In this document: positions 41,001 through 51,549 of the stretch, piece by piece
Layout of the letters: every line of letters starts with the position of its first letter
Numbering within the stretch: the stretch's first letter is position 1
NCBI GenBank assembly: GCA_046116545.1
Contig: CP175956.1
Coordinates: 385,734 to 449,733, forward strand
From: Candidatus Moraniibacteriota bacterium
GTDB taxonomy: Bacteria; Patescibacteriota; Minisyncoccia; Moranbacterales; GCA-2747515
Direction: 5' to 3'
DNA: 64,000 bases
Made by a program: the position numbers and the translations under genes
Notes under the pieces: generated by a model
Databases searched by the model: none
The model's input: only the letters and a program-made list of their open reading frames with translations
What the model was told of the DNA's origin: nothing

Positions 41001-44000
41001 ATCCCCACCTAAATCAACTAACACTTGATATTCTGTTAAACCAGTTGCTGTTGTGTTTGACACAGTAACTGGAGTACGACGCATCCATGTATTTACTCCA
41101 TCTACATTCCACATTCCCATTTCTTCAGCACCTACACTGTATGTAGGCTCTTCTGAAATAAATTGTCTATTTTGTCTTTCATTCCACGCATTGTGTTCAT
41201 CATCCTCCCCAGCATATTCATAATATGCATATATTCTATTATCAGACACGACACATGCTCCTGCAGGAATATTTGTACCATCTGTTGTTGAACCAAAATA
41301 CACTTTACCTGGATAAGTAGCTGCAGATGTAACTGTTACTGTATCATCTGGCACTCCCACACCACACACAGTACCATCATGATATAAATTTACAGTTGTT
41401 GTTGTATTCTCTTGTGTTGCAATTGCAATATATTGTATATCTTCTGGAATATAATATTTATAACCCATTTCACCAACAGGTAAAAATGTAACAGCTTCTC
41501 CACCATCACTATCAGCAAGAGCTGATACACCTATAAGATTATCTGCAACAACTCGATGAGCTGGTTCGGATCCCTCAGAACCTGCATCATTTATATCTAT
41601 ATTTTCACCTCTATTAAGAGTATAACTAACACTTGTATTATCACTTCTATAAACTGTAATATTTGTATTATCATAAAGAGCAGCAAATCCAAAGTGTCCA
41701 GAACCAACACCGTACCATTCTTGTGCTGCTGGTGCCATTACAAAACTATCCCCTCCAACATTACTGTGATGCTGTGCAAGAATTGGACAACCATTTGTCA
41801 CCTCTATCATCACAGCATCATCATTTGTGAGTCCGCTACCTGAGGTATCACTAGTGGTTAAATTGTGATGAGTCCCTTGCGTAATTGTAAATGATCCGTT
41901 TGTTACAATGGTATCTGTTTCGTTACGCACTTCTACATCAGCATCACACCATGGAGAAATAAATGAAAAATAATTTGTATATCTATCCATTCGATAAACA
42001 AAATTTTCACTAGCAAAAGACACTGGTACAAGATTATCTGTACCATCTACATTATATCCACCATTAATTGGATCTGTTGTACTAATTGCTGTTGTTTGCT
42101 CAAGTGTTACTGTAGCTGTTGGGTGATGCACACTATCATATTGATTTAATGTCCCACTATATGTTGATACGCTTACATCATTATTATCAGTATAACTAAC
42201 AAAATCTGTAATCGTACCCTCTGCCGTGTCAGCTACTACGTGATAAATCTCTTCTTGTGAACTGTACGTGAATACATCTTCCCTAGAAGATATACCTCCT
42301 GTACTATCATTTCCATAATACATACAAATTTCTTCTGTTACTCCAGCATCTATATTATCCATTTGCAACCATATCCGAGTTGATGTCGTATTCATATCAT
42401 CTGCAATAAAATATGGGAGAATATTGTCATCAGTATCTATAAATCTAATATCATCTCCATCTAACTGCATTTTATTTGTACTAACCAGTGATGAAGTATC
42501 TGTATCTATATATACCTGATACTCTGTTGCATCTATTGCATCAGCATCTGTGTTATCTATATCAAAACATTTTCTATAATTCCAAATTTCTTCTGCAGTC
42601 CTATTAAAAGACACACACTCTAATTCTGGACTAAGTGTATTGTCATCAGTTTCAAAATTAGTGCGATATTGAAAATATTGATTATCAATCACATTTGTCA
42701 AAGTCACATTTGGTAGATTAATTGTACTATTCATCAGTTCTGAATAGTAAGTTGCTCCAGTTCCATCTGGACCTATAAAAGATTCTCCACTACAAGCAAC
42801 ATCATCACAACTTCTTACTTGAAACTTCAGCCTATTTGCTCCACGACGATACAAATTACTAATCTCAGTTGTGCTAAGCGCCCTATTCCATACAGCTGCT
42901 TCATCCATTCGTCCATCTATTTGTTCTCCTCCACCACCTGAACCACCTATTATCATAGGATTTGTATTTACTGTTCCTGTGAATTGACTTGGCTCATCCG
43001 CAACAACTTGACCATCTACATATAATCGTTCACGAGTAGCATCTGCAGTGTAAACCAAGTGTTGCCACCTGCCCGTTGCCAAAACAACACTTCCTGTATT
43101 GATTGTGTTGTAGTTATATAAAACCCCTCCATTTTGCTCAAAATAAATATCATTATTTGAAGCAGTTGTTGTATTTTTGTGGAAAAAACTTCTCCAACCA
43201 CTCCAGTCATCAGCATAAACCCAAATAGATGCAGTTATTTCTGTTGGAAATGAGAGACTTGCATCATCTGCAATTGTAATTTCATCATCACTTCCATCAA
43301 AATCAAGTCCTGTATTAAATTGTCCAGCTAAACCATATCCTGTACCATTATATGAACCGTCATTATTACTTCCAGAACTATCAACTATCGTTCCACTTGA
43401 TTCATTCATATGCATCAATAATACATTCCCAGTCATATCAGTGTTACCAGCACTATAATTACTTTCAATACCAGTATTATTTGGCAACTCTTTATATGTA
43501 GGTGTATTTGATGTCCATATGAAATCTGTCCAAGTTGTAACTTCTTTAGCGTCCAAAATTTCTGATGTATATATACCAGTTCCATTTGTGAGTCCTGTAC
43601 CATTTAGTTCAACCCAATTATTTCCAGCATCCCACCACGTATCACTATAAGTTCCATTATTAAATTCTGCTACACTACATGTTTGCAAATCTTGGAATTG
43701 ACTCCACCAATCATTACTTGATGTGTCAGCAACAGTATCTCCATAACTATTTATTGTTAAAAAGTCATCAGTGTCAGCAACTGCAACTAAATCATCTTCT
43801 CCCGCTTCAAAATTTCCATTAGTATAGGTGCCTGCATCAAATTCAACCTTATCATCTATGTCATTTACTGAACGAGTTTCATACTTTAATAATTCTATAC
43901 CTTCATTTACTATATTTTCATTTTCTGTAAAGTTTTGCACCAATATTTCAGCTTCAATGTATTGAGGCCCATAATATTGTGAAGTAATTATAGTAAGCAT

Positions 44001-44306
44001 CAGAAATGATACTGAAAAGACAGCAGCTACACCTCTCCACGCCTTTGAAATTCCCATTGTTGGAAATTGTGATGATACAGCTATTATTTGTATTTGTTTT
44101 TTGCTCTTTTTTTGTTTTTTAATTGCCTTAGGTGCCTCACTAATAAAATTATTCTTAAGCATTTTTTGAACTCTCTGTTGTGCTCTTTTTTTTGCTATAA
44201 ATCTATATATTTTTTTATATATTCGTTTAACAAAAATAAAAAATCCCCGAATCATTGATTCTAGTTTATCTAGTTTATATTCATTTATTTGAATATTATG
44301 GGACAT
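38016..44306 (-). CDS. Giant surface protein with LamG/concanavalin-like and two DUF2341 domains, internally duplicated
   Basis: N-terminal basic region + TM; LamG-like (WQHLVYT..LYVDG..IG..DGRMDEAAVWNRALS); two W..R..I...YQV..DG.DIR..W...YY(G/N) units; Thr/Asp/Gly rich. Confidence 0.8.
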   Translation of the reverse strand: MSHNIQINEYKLDKLESMIRGFFIFVKRIYKKIYRFIAKKRAQQRVQKMLKNNFISEAPKAIKKQKKSKKQIQIIAVSSQFPTMGISKAWRGVAAVFSVSFLMLTIITSQYYGPQYIEAEILVQNFTENENIVNEGIELLKYETRSVNDIDDKVEFDAGTYTNGNFEAGEDDLVAVADTDDFLTINSYGDTVADTSSNDWWSQFQDLQTCSVAEFNNGTYSDTWWDAGNNWVELNGTGLTNGTGIYTSEILDAKEVTTWTDFIWTSNTPTYKELPNNTGIESNYSAGNTDMTGNVLLMHMNESSGTIVDSSGSNNDGSYNGTGYGLAGQFNTGLDFDGSDDEITIADDASLSFPTEITASIWVYADDWSGWRSFFHKNTTTASNNDIYFEQNGGVLYNYNTINTGSVVLATGRWQHLVYTADATRERLYVDGQVVADEPSQFTGTVNTNPMIIGGSGGGGEQIDGRMDEAAVWNRALSTTEISNLYRRGANRLKFQVRSCDDVACSGESFIGPDGTGATYYSELMNSTINLPNVTLTNVIDNQYFQYRTNFETDDNTLSPELECVSFNRTAEEIWNYRKCFDIDNTDADAIDATEYQVYIDTDTSSLVSTNKMQLDGDDIRFIDTDDNILPYFIADDMNTTSTRIWLQMDNIDAGVTEEICMYYGNDSTGGISSREDVFTYSSQEEIYHVVADTAEGTITDFVSYTDNNDVSVSTYSGTLNQYDSVHHPTATVTLEQTTAISTTDPINGGYNVDGTDNLVPVSFASENFVYRMDRYTNYFSFISPWCDADVEVRNETDTIVTNGSFTITQGTHHNLTTSDTSGSGLTNDDAVMIEVTNGCPILAQHHSNVGGDSFVMAPAAQEWYGVGSGHFGFAALYDNTNITVYRSDNTSVSYTLNRGENIDINDAGSEGSEPAHRVVADNLIGVSALADSDGGEAVTFLPVGEMGYKYYIPEDIQYIAIATQENTTTTVNLYHDGTVCGVGVPDDTVTVTSAATYPGKVYFGSTTDGTNIPAGACVVSDNRIYAYYEYAGEDDEHNAWNERQNRQFISEEPTYSVGAEEMGMWNVDGVNTWMRRTPVTVSNTTATGLTEYQVLVDLGGDVSHMFGHTQTDGGDIRVAGSIGDGTDNIVYALEDFNDTAATGYTWVKVPTIAATSTATFYIYYNPGINLGAYNPILWLDAADTSTITTTGTSVTNWDDKSGNANHVDQSNAGSQPTLTTDGGNQVIEFNGSYMEDGSGLWVSGTTYTDTYTFVAFKNLVLPEDGTLFNETIQAGQYEGRAPNVTNVEFQANTNGGGALSGAYGGDTTTYHVLRFEAHDGGDRIIARDGTTIVSDTNGDSFRGRGRTFNVGSQAGGGRPQSMSLGEMLVFDGNLTTIEVAEIENYLVEKWETGPTSSLLTTGDYNGIFHTATQKANYYVVDERAVGETLSIISFTDNNSINDSFTTQIVDEGEIITAPFGSGILQTDSYSVTGPLHIGFDGDGTDSALPIAYAGTEFTYRVDRGNDVFSFYAPFADATVQIQESSGAGWTTLQTVTVSTGTVQTVVQDIVNTRVFKIISDEPILGFHQASSNDSNILYPTHLGLEEDSGEYEIYGVGTGSVLLGASSDANVTLYRSDGTSTSVVLNAANNFAYTESGGGSQGTALGYHIVSDAPIGATSYADSDGNEVVTFLSQKEFSREYVVSNPTQYMAIVARDANVTCRVYDDTGTEITIDATGTMDNIPPQTGGAQTDPYPNNIHIGGDDTSDGAYFQAGYHMTCDEPVYAYYEHHLNSSVTDETSWLTWPQVRKRAYIEPNVENVDDADEQGLFYESGKDSTTAGIDFEAYAEYTFDTSALIYGEHTYWRDVTWEEITNSRSGANGVEQVTVEVASADPSPTCATASYGSYINVAPTTLATSVDVSLPYVTRTTNTQQILFDDNFSDHSCVKMRIYLRTNNQAYAPKINYVKTGYYVPTLLDDQLNSPTILIEGATSGTSERYRTLKSLTSDAGLNGSQVFTTFENVSDGSVFTQADLDLFEVPSQTINNQFTFPPFPGVTPVDAVTQSVFDSSNDVATYFTHERSSGALETMDFIFNVDIGSVGGPQISRDFQLEISGL

Positions 44307-44351
44307 TACTTTTGTTTTTATTTTAGGGACTTTATATTTCGTTTTTTAAAT

Positions 44352-44625
44352 AAAAAAACAGATGAAAAAATTCGTGTCTGCAGACACTTTTTCACCCGTA
44401 TTCGATTTTATAAAAAATATTTTTTTGTTTCTTCAATATCTATCTTTTAATTTCTAATTATCCATTAGAAATTTAAATATTGAAGAAACAAAAAAATGGA
44501 TAGCCATTTCTCTATAAAAAATCTATAAATTCAATGTTTATTTTGATAGATTTTATTCAGAGAAAAGGCCACCCATTCCTTATCTTCTTAATGTCTATTA
44601 TACAGCAGAAAGTCCCTAAAGTCAA
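44352..44625 (-). promoter_or_regulatory. Promoter and structured attenuator-like leader of the giant surface protein
   Basis: TTGACT, 17 nt, TATAAT; hairpin ATGGGTGGCC...GGCTATCCAT-T7 and a second hairpin GGGTGAAAAA...TTTTTCATCT followed by a T-tract. Confidence 0.6.
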
Positions 44626-44794
44626 TGTTTTACTATAAAAGTTAGTACTTTTTACATTTCTTATATCTTCAAACCCTCTTATATTAAAGCTTTTTATGAA
44701 TATCTAAAATTCATAAAAATTTTCTTATTTTATTGTAATGAAAATAAAACAAATTTTACTCAAAAATAAAGTAATTTACTTTATTTATTTTGAC

Positions 44795-45376
44795 CTATTT
44801 ACTAGCTCCTCTATGTATATATGTAGTTGATTCAAAATCATCACCATCAGTTAACGTAACCTCATCGCCTTCTGCTCTTTCCACTATAACTTCTATACAC
44901 TCATCGTCATCGATACTTCCCTCATCACTAATAACAGCTCTTGTATTTATATCAATTACTACTGTATATGTATTATCAAAATGTTTTCCTGTTAATAATT
45001 CTATAAACAGTTTATTTTCATAACCTTCATTTTGAATTAAAATTTTATTTATCTTATATTCTTCTAAACAACCCAGTGGATCATCATCACAATCATCACA
45101 AACATTTGGGATAACCTTATTTAAAATTTTCTCAATTTCTTTATCATTTGGAACTTTTGATAAATCAGCTCCAATTTTTATATTATTAGAATCATCTTTT
45201 TTTGTTATTTTTTCCTTTACTATTCCAAGTGAAATGTTTATGACTTCTGTATCGTTTCCATGCGTTATAAATGCAGAAACAATCATAACAATAATAGAAA
45301 CTACAATCAAAACCAAATAAAGTCGTGTGGTTTGAATTGCCTCTTTTCTTTTACTGTTCTTTTTTTGTTTTTGCAT
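44795..45376 (-). CDS. Hypothetical membrane-anchored protein
   Basis: Basic N-terminus MQKQK, TM helix, acidic Cys-containing domain. Confidence 0.65.
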   Translation of the reverse strand: MQKQKKNSKRKEAIQTTRLYLVLIVVSIIVMIVSAFITHGNDTEVINISLGIVKEKITKKDDSNNIKIGADLSKVPNDKEIEKILNKVIPNVCDDCDDDPLGCLEEYKINKILIQNEGYENKLFIELLTGKHFDNTYTVVIDINTRAVISDEGSIDDDECIEVIVERAEGDEVTLTDGDDFESTTYIHRGASK

Positions 45377-45504
45377 GATGTATAATTATTATGTTTGTAC
45401 AAAAAAATAGGTGAAAAGATTTTCTGCACATTGCATATATATCTTTTCACCCATAATTTAACTTCTAATTCTTTTCCAATAATTAATTTCTAATGAAATT
45501 TATA

Positions 45505-46236
45505 CTATTGTGGTGTTGAAGAAACTGTTAAACGAAATGTTCCTGTTTCTCCATCAACCATATTTGCTCCACAATCAACTACAAGACCTAATTGACGATC
45601 TTCACCAGTTGGTACTGCAAATGATCCTGAAGAAGCGTTTGCTACTGATAATACACCAGCAGTAACTTCTAATTGAATTGCGTCATTTGGTGCAGTATTG
45701 TACCACTCTGTTAGTGATCCATAACTACCAGGACTTGGATTTGGTAATTCTGTAATAGCACCACCTGTACTATCTTGATCAGATGTAAACAACCAAATGT
45801 CAGCATCTCCTGCATTGAAATTGTCTACTGTAGCAGCTTGACCATTTAAATCAGCTTCTACTGTAAGAGTTACATCCCAGTTTGCAGCATCTGTATTATT
45901 CAACTGCAATACATCAGTATAATATGTTCGATCTCCTGCAAAACATGTAAATGATATCTCCTCATGAGATAGATTTGTTACAGCAGTACCACCGTCTCCA
46001 TTGGTATCATCTCCATTAGAGATAGTGCTACCAAGATTTACTGTTAAATAAGTTGAAGCGGCTGCGTCTGCACCAGCTACCTTTTCGATTGGAGGTGTAT
46101 CGACCACTACATCCCATTGTGTAAAGTTTTGTACCAAAATGGCACCAAGAACAGGAGCTCCCACAAATAGAGCTAATGCTAGGGCAATATATAGCCCTCT
46201 TTTTTTCGCTACGCTTTTTTGTTTTTGTTTTTGCAT
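45505..46236 (-). CDS. Secreted acidic beta-rich protein (possible fibre/matrix subunit)
   Basis: MQKQK + signal-like helix; mature part rich in T/D/G/A with two Cys. Confidence 0.65.
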   Translation of the reverse strand: MQKQKQKSVAKKRGLYIALALALFVGAPVLGAILVQNFTQWDVVVDTPPIEKVAGADAAASTYLTVNLGSTISNGDDTNGDGGTAVTNLSHEEISFTCFAGDRTYYTDVLQLNNTDAANWDVTLTVEADLNGQAATVDNFNAGDADIWLFTSDQDSTGGAITELPNPSPGSYGSLTEWYNTAPNDAIQLEVTAGVLSVANASSGSFAVPTGEDRQLGLVVDCGANMVDGETGTFRLTVSSTPQ

Positions 46237-46293
46237 ATGCTTAGCATATTAATTAATTATATGAGCTTATTTTGAGCTCATTATTTTAGAAAT

Positions 46294-46436
46294 AAAAAAA
46301 ATGGATGTGCTTTATCCTTCATCAAAAATCCACCCATACACCCTCCTGGAAGTATGATTTGATTTCATCTGAAGAAAAAGCCACCCATTCCTTAACTTCT
46401 TAACTACATTATACAGCACAGAAACACAATCGTCAA
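46294..46436 (-). promoter_or_regulatory. Promoter and attenuator-like leader homologous to that at 44.5 kb
   Basis: TTGACG, 17 nt, TATAAT; TTAAGAAGTTAAGGAATGGGTGGCTTTTTCT...GCACATCCAT-T tract. Confidence 0.6.
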
Positions 46437-46646
46437 TATTGACAAGTACAAATTTTTACTTGTAGTCCATAGGTTATCAACTTTATAATCTGAGTATACT
46501 ATAATTGCTGTCAAAATTTCACCGCATTATTCCCTATTTTTCCTCAAAAAAGCTAGACGAAAAAACACTCACATGTTACTATAATACAAGTAAACTACTG
46601 TTTCTGAACTCACAGAAGCTCTTATAAATTTATTAGAAAAAACCGT

Positions 46647-47309
46647 ATGCATATCACATATCATGGATTGTCTTGTTTTAAAATTGTAGCAAAAACTGAA
46701 GGACGCGGAAGTAAAGATGTAACAATAGTATTCTCTCCTTATGACAAAAAGTTGGGACTTCGACCTCCTCAAGGTAATGCTAATGCTGTATTTATTCCAC
46801 ATCCAAATGAAATGTTCAATAATCCTGATATATTAAGAGGTGAGCCAGTTGTAGTAAATAAGCCTGGTGAATACTCAATAGAAGGTCTTAATATAATAGG
46901 ACTAGATGCTCCGGCTGATCCTCGTGATGGTATAGACCGTGGTAATACTGTAGTTTTCACTTTAAATATTGAGGATATGAAAATTGCTTATTTAGGAGCT
47001 CTGGGCATGGAACCTTCAACTGAGATATTTGATAAAATAAGTGGTGCTGATATATTATTTGTACCAGTTGGAGACACAGAAGGACTTGATGCAAAAACAG
47101 CTGAGGTAATAGCTCGTAAAGTAGAAGCTAAAATTATTATACCAATGCAATACAAGGTTAAAGGCTTAAAAGTTAAAACTCTCCGTGATGAAAAAGACTT
47201 TTGTAGTGAAATCGGCAATTGTCCCAAATCAAAAGAAGAAAAGTTAACCTTAAAAAAGAAGGATCTCGAAAATAAAGTAATGGAGGTCGTGCTGATGAAA
47301 GTTAGCTAA
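46647..47309 (+). CDS. MBL-fold metallo-hydrolase (degenerate metal motif)
   Basis: ITYHGLSCFKI, PGEYSI.G, AYLGALG, DILFVPVG, IIIPMQY. Confidence 0.75.
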   Translation: MHITYHGLSCFKIVAKTEGRGSKDVTIVFSPYDKKLGLRPPQGNANAVFIPHPNEMFNNPDILRGEPVVVNKPGEYSIEGLNIIGLDAPADPRDGIDRGNTVVFTLNIEDMKIAYLGALGMEPSTEIFDKISGADILFVPVGDTEGLDAKTAEVIARKVEAKIIIPMQYKVKGLKVKTLRDEKDFCSEIGNCPKSKEEKLTLKKKDLENKVMEVVLMKVS

Positions 47310-47338
47310 ATATAAAAACTAACATAATATAAGTAGCC

Positions 47339-47620
47339 ATGTTTGATAAAATAGAAAAAAAAGTGGAAGAGGTGCGACAACAACCTGAGGAAATACGAAT
47401 TCGTTACGTATGGGGTTCAGTTGCTATTACAATGTTTTTTGTAATTTTTATATGGCTACTATCAATGAAAATAAACTTCTTACAAGTATCTAATACTAAT
47501 GAATCTACTGAAGCTGTTGAAGACTTACAAAGGCGTATAGATACACTAAATAATGGTGGTATCTCACCTGATCAAGCTATCTCTATCGATGAATTATTGC
47601 AACAAAATTCCGCTGAATAA
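47339..47620 (+). CDS. Small membrane protein
   Basis: QQPE..R.RY followed by one TM helix. Confidence 0.6.
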   Translation: MFDKIEKKVEEVRQQPEEIRIRYVWGSVAITMFFVIFIWLLSMKINFLQVSNTNESTEAVEDLQRRIDTLNNGGISPDQAISIDELLQQNSAE

Positions 47621-47804
47621 AACAAAAAATCTATAGTTAACCTCTCTTTTTATAAAAATGAGAAAAGAGATTAACTATAGAATATAGATAAAAAACAAAC
47701 AAAAAACATATAGGAGGATGTTTTTTGTCGTTTTTGTGTGTAAATCGATGTATATCGTTCCCGTGTAGACGGGAATCCAGTAAATAATAAATAAATTTAA
47801 TAGT

Positions 47805-50267
47805 ATGGCAAAGAACAAAAAAACAGATGAACCAGTTGTACATAAAGCTGTTACACCTCAACCAATAGTTGAGGAAATGCAAAAATCATATCTTGAATAT
47901 GCTATGAGTGTTATTGTTGCTCGTGCACTTCCTGATGTACGTGATGGGATGAAGCCTGTGCATCGTAGAATTCTTTACTCTATGTGGAAAACAGGTCTTA
48001 AACCAACTGCAAAGTTCCGTAAAAGTGCTACCGTTGTTGGTGAAGTACTTGGTAAATATCATCCACATGGTGATACAGCTGTTTACGATACAATGGTTCG
48101 TATGGCTCAAGACTTCTCACTCAGATACCCTCTTGTATGGGGACAAGGAAACTTTGGCTCAATGGATGGGGATAGCGCTGCTGCTTATCGTTATACTGAG
48201 GCAAAACTACAATATATAGCAGAAGAAATGCTATTTGATATTGAGAAAGACACTGTTAACTTTCGACCAAACTTTGATGGAGTTCACCAAGAACCATCTG
48301 TACTTCCTGCAAAGCTACCTCAATTACTACTAAATGGAACAATGGGCATTGCTGTTGGTATGGCAACAAATATTCCACCTCACAATCTAGGCGAGCTGAC
48401 AGGTGCTATAATGCATCTTGTAGATAAACCAAAAGCAGATGTTGATGACTTGCTAAACTATGTGAAAGGCCCTGACTTCCCTACTGGTGGCATGATTTAT
48501 AATCAAACAGAAATCCGCGAGGCTTATGCGACTGGACGAGGACGAATTACTATGCGAGCAAAAGCTGAAATTGTAGAAGGTCGTGCTGGTCAATTTTCAA
48601 TCATCGTTACTGAGATGACTTACCTTACAAATAAAGCAACTCTTATTGAAAAAATTGCAAATTTGGTAAAAGATAAAAAAATAGTAGGTATAAAGGCATT
48701 ACGTGATGAATCAAGTAAGGATGGCGTACGAGTTGTTATGGATCTTAAGAAGGATGCGTACCCTCAAAAAGTTTTAAATAGACTTTATACTCTTACAGAC
48801 CTACAAAAAAACTTCAATGCCAACATGCTTGCTCTTGTTGATGGTATTGAGCCACGAATTCTAAACTTAAAAGAAATTTTAGAATATTATATTGCTCATC
48901 GTAGAGAAGTTATAACAAGGCGAACACAGTTTGATTTAAACAAAGCAAAAGAACGCGCACATATCCTAGAAGGATTACAGATAGCGTTAGACAATATCGA
49001 TGCTGTTATAGCAATTATCAAAAAATCCAGAACTCGTGAAACAGCTCATGAAAACTTACGTAAAAAGTTTAAACTTTCAGATTTACAAACAGTTGCTATT
49101 TTGGAAATGCGACTTCAGACGCTTGCTGGATTGGAAAGAAAAAAGATTGAGGATGAATTGAAAGAAAAAATGCGTATTATCAAAAAGCTTGAAGCAATCT
49201 TAAAAAGTGAGAAGAGACAAAAAGAAATTCTCAAAAATGAACTTATTGAACTTACAGAAAAATTTGGTGATGCTCGTAAAACCAAAGTATTCAAAAGTGC
49301 TGTAGGAGAATTCAAACAAGAAGATCTTGTACCAAATGAAGAAGCTCTTATCACAATGACAACTGATGGATACATCAAAAGAATGAATCCAATAAACTAC
49401 AAGGTGCAAAAACGTGGTGGTAAAGGAGTAATCGGAGGTAATACAAAAGAAGATGCTAGTGTACGGAGTATGCTTAGTATCATGACTCATGATAATCTTT
49501 TCTTCTTTACGAATACTGGTAAAGTTTTCCAAATAAAAGCATACGAAATTCCAGAATCAACTCGTACAGCTAAGGGAAATGCTGTTGTAAACTTCTTACA
49601 ACTTGCACCCAATGAAGAAATTACAGAAGTAATTCCATTCAACAAAGAAGATAGATATAAATTCTTATTTATGGCAACAAAGGCAGGTGTCGTGAAAAAA
49701 GTAAAAATCAAAGACTTCGATAATGTAAGACGAGGTGGACTTATTGCAATAAAATTAAAGGGTGATGATAAATTAAAGTGGGTTAAACCTACAACAGGAA
49801 CAGATGAAGTATCACTTATAACTGCAGGAGGTCAAGCAATACGATTCAAAGAGGCTAACGTACGCGCAATGGGTAGAAGTGCCGCTGGTGTACGAGGAAT
49901 CAGATTGAAAAAAGATGACTATGTAGTAGGAATGGACGTAATATTTGCTAAACAAAGGGGTGCTGAACTATTTGTCTTAACAGAAAATGGTTATGGAAAG
50001 AAAAGTAAGATGACACAATACAAAGCACAAAGGCGTGGAGGATCAGGAATCAAAACTGCAAAAATAACTCCAAAGACTGGTCAAATAGTAAGTGCTTACA
50101 TAGTGAGTGCCGATGATACAGATAGTGACGTGATAATAACAAGTGCAAACGGACAAATAATCCGTACACCACTAGGAAACATCTCAACACTCTCAAGAGC
50201 AACTCAAGGAGTAAGAATAATGAAACCAAAAGCAGGCGACAAACTAAGCGCCGCAACAATTTTGTAA
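47805..50267 (+). CDS. gyrA: DNA gyrase subunit A
   Basis: [26 protein letters not shown], GyrA-box QKRGGKG. Confidence 0.97.
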   Translation: MAKNKKTDEPVVHKAVTPQPIVEEMQKSYLEYAMSVIVARALPDVRDGMKPVHRRILYSMWKTGLKPTAKFRKSATVVGEVLGKYHPHGDTAVYDTMVRMAQDFSLRYPLVWGQGNFGSMDGDSAAAYRYTEAKLQYIAEEMLFDIEKDTVNFRPNFDGVHQEPSVLPAKLPQLLLNGTMGIAVGMATNIPPHNLGELTGAIMHLVDKPKADVDDLLNYVKGPDFPTGGMIYNQTEIREAYATGRGRITMRAKAEIVEGRAGQFSIIVTEMTYLTNKATLIEKIANLVKDKKIVGIKALRDESSKDGVRVVMDLKKDAYPQKVLNRLYTLTDLQKNFNANMLALVDGIEPRILNLKEILEYYIAHRREVITRRTQFDLNKAKERAHILEGLQIALDNIDAVIAIIKKSRTRETAHENLRKKFKLSDLQTVAILEMRLQTLAGLERKKIEDELKEKMRIIKKLEAILKSEKRQKEILKNELIELTEKFGDARKTKVFKSAVGEFKQEDLVPNEEALITMTTDGYIKRMNPINYKVQKRGGKGVIGGNTKEDASVRSMLSIMTHDNLFFFTNTGKVFQIKAYEIPESTRTAKGNAVVNFLQLAPNEEITEVIPFNKEDRYKFLFMATKAGVVKKVKIKDFDNVRRGGLIAIKLKGDDKLKWVKPTTGTDEVSLITAGGQAIRFKEANVRAMGRSAAGVRGIRLKKDDYVVGMDVIFAKQRGAELFVLTENGYGKKSKMTQYKAQRRGGSGIKTAKITPKTGQIVSAYIVSADDTDSDVIITSANGQIIRTPLGNISTLSRATQGVRIMKPKAGDKLSAATIL

Positions 50268-50294
50268 ACTACTTTTACAAAATAAAAAAACACT

Positions 50295-50321
50295 TAGGGA
50301 CAGGTTTCAAACCTGTCCCTA
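50295..50321. repeat. REP-like palindrome / gyrA terminator
   Basis: TAGGGACAGGTTT-c-AAACCTGTCCCTA. Confidence 0.5.
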
Positions 50322-50406
50322 TTTTGTTACCACATCTTGGCATCCTGAACTTTTTTAAAAAATACAAACCCGTAGGATACTTATATCCACACGGGTTTTA
50401 TTGATT

Positions 50407-50838
50407 CTATTCTAGCAATACAAATACTTCACCAGCCTTTTGTGCAATTCTGATCATTTCTTCTCTTTCTTTGTTTTGCATCTTTGTTCCATTGCCCCAT
50501 ATAAGATCTCTGACGTGAGGTGTTCTAAAAATACTTTTTGGCAAATCTATATTCATATAACAGACCTTCGTTGCCAACAATAGTGGGAATTTAGGAATAA
50601 GCACTCTCTTTTCCCAAGAAAACTGGTCAATTACCCCTAAATACAAATAATCCTCTTTTGCTGGACTAATAATTAGTACATTGCCCTCTTCAACAAATGT
50701 AAGGTTCATCCCCAATTGCAAAAATTCTTTAGTATATTGTGCTGCATTTTCACTAATAAACTCAAGTCTCAACTCAAGAACCTCACAAATTATACATTGC
50801 TCTTCCTTAATAAAAAAATCTTTGATTTGTTCTTTCAT
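50407..50838 (-). CDS. Hypothetical protein (ORFan array gene 4)
   Basis: GGGAGGAG SD; preceded by the conserved intergenic repeat. Confidence 0.55.
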   Translation of the reverse strand: MKEQIKDFFIKEEQCIICEVLELRLEFISENAAQYTKEFLQLGMNLTFVEEGNVLIISPAKEDYLYLGVIDQFSWEKRVLIPKFPLLLATKVCYMNIDLPKSIFRTPHVRDLIWGNGTKMQNKEREEMIRIAQKAGEVFVLLE

Positions 50839-50863
50839 AACTAAACTCCTCCCAATATTTACT

Positions 50864-50948
50864 TTAAAGAACTAGTCCTCTTATAAAACTACGACTATTC
50901 GTAATCTTGATGAGAGGAGCAAGAAGATTAAATTCAAACTCCTTGCCC
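50864..50948 (-). repeat. Structured intergenic repeat, copy 1
   Basis: Two hairpins followed by AGTTCTTTAAA; aligns with 51971-52058. Confidence 0.65.
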
Positions 50949-50953
50949 ACAAA

Positions 50954-51466
50954 CTACAGAGGAATTTTTTCCACTTTAGGAATCTCCAATTCATACTCCT
51001 TTTTGTAATACCCCATATCACCAGGCTGAAATCCTGCCCAAAGACCTGACATATCTGGAGCTTCATACTCTCCAGAAATGATAGCAACATCTTCTTTGAA
51101 GGTGATCTCATTAACTGTCCATTTTCGCATCCCTCCTATTGAGCTAAAGAACAGCTCTTCTCCTTTAAGTATTACAATGTAACTCCCCGCTGACACCCAG
51201 CTTGTGCCAGAGCTTTTATCGTGTAAACATTGACGGAGACTATCTTCAGTTTCCTCCATCCAAACACTTGTGTCCATACGACTTTCTTGTCGCACAAATA
51301 CAATCTCAATATCTGAGCTTGGACTTGGTAATATATAGATATGACCTCTAAGAAGTTTTTTATATTCATTATTACACCGTCTACCATACACATAACCATA
51401 GTAATGACTACTAATTGTACTAGTGGTATTTTTAACCTTAACCAACATTTTTTCCAGTTTACTCAT
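50954..51466 (-). CDS. Hypothetical protein (ORFan array gene 3)
   Basis: AAGGAG SD before ATG 51466. Confidence 0.55.
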   Translation of the reverse strand: MSKLEKMLVKVKNTTSTISSHYYGYVYGRRCNNEYKKLLRGHIYILPSPSSDIEIVFVRQESRMDTSVWMEETEDSLRQCLHDKSSGTSWVSAGSYIVILKGEELFFSSIGGMRKWTVNEITFKEDVAIISGEYEAPDMSGLWAGFQPGDMGYYKKEYELEIPKVEKIPL

Positions 51467-51489
51467 GACAATCTCCTTGTATATTTTCA

Positions 51490-51533
51490 TAAAGAACTTT
51501 CACTCCTACAAAACTATGAGAAATTCATAATCT
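51490..51533 (-). repeat. Structured intergenic repeat, partial copy 2
   Basis: AGATTATGAA-tttc-TCATAGTTTTGTAGGAG..AGTTCTTTA. Confidence 0.55.
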
Positions 51534-51549
51534 ATTATTTTTATAAAAC

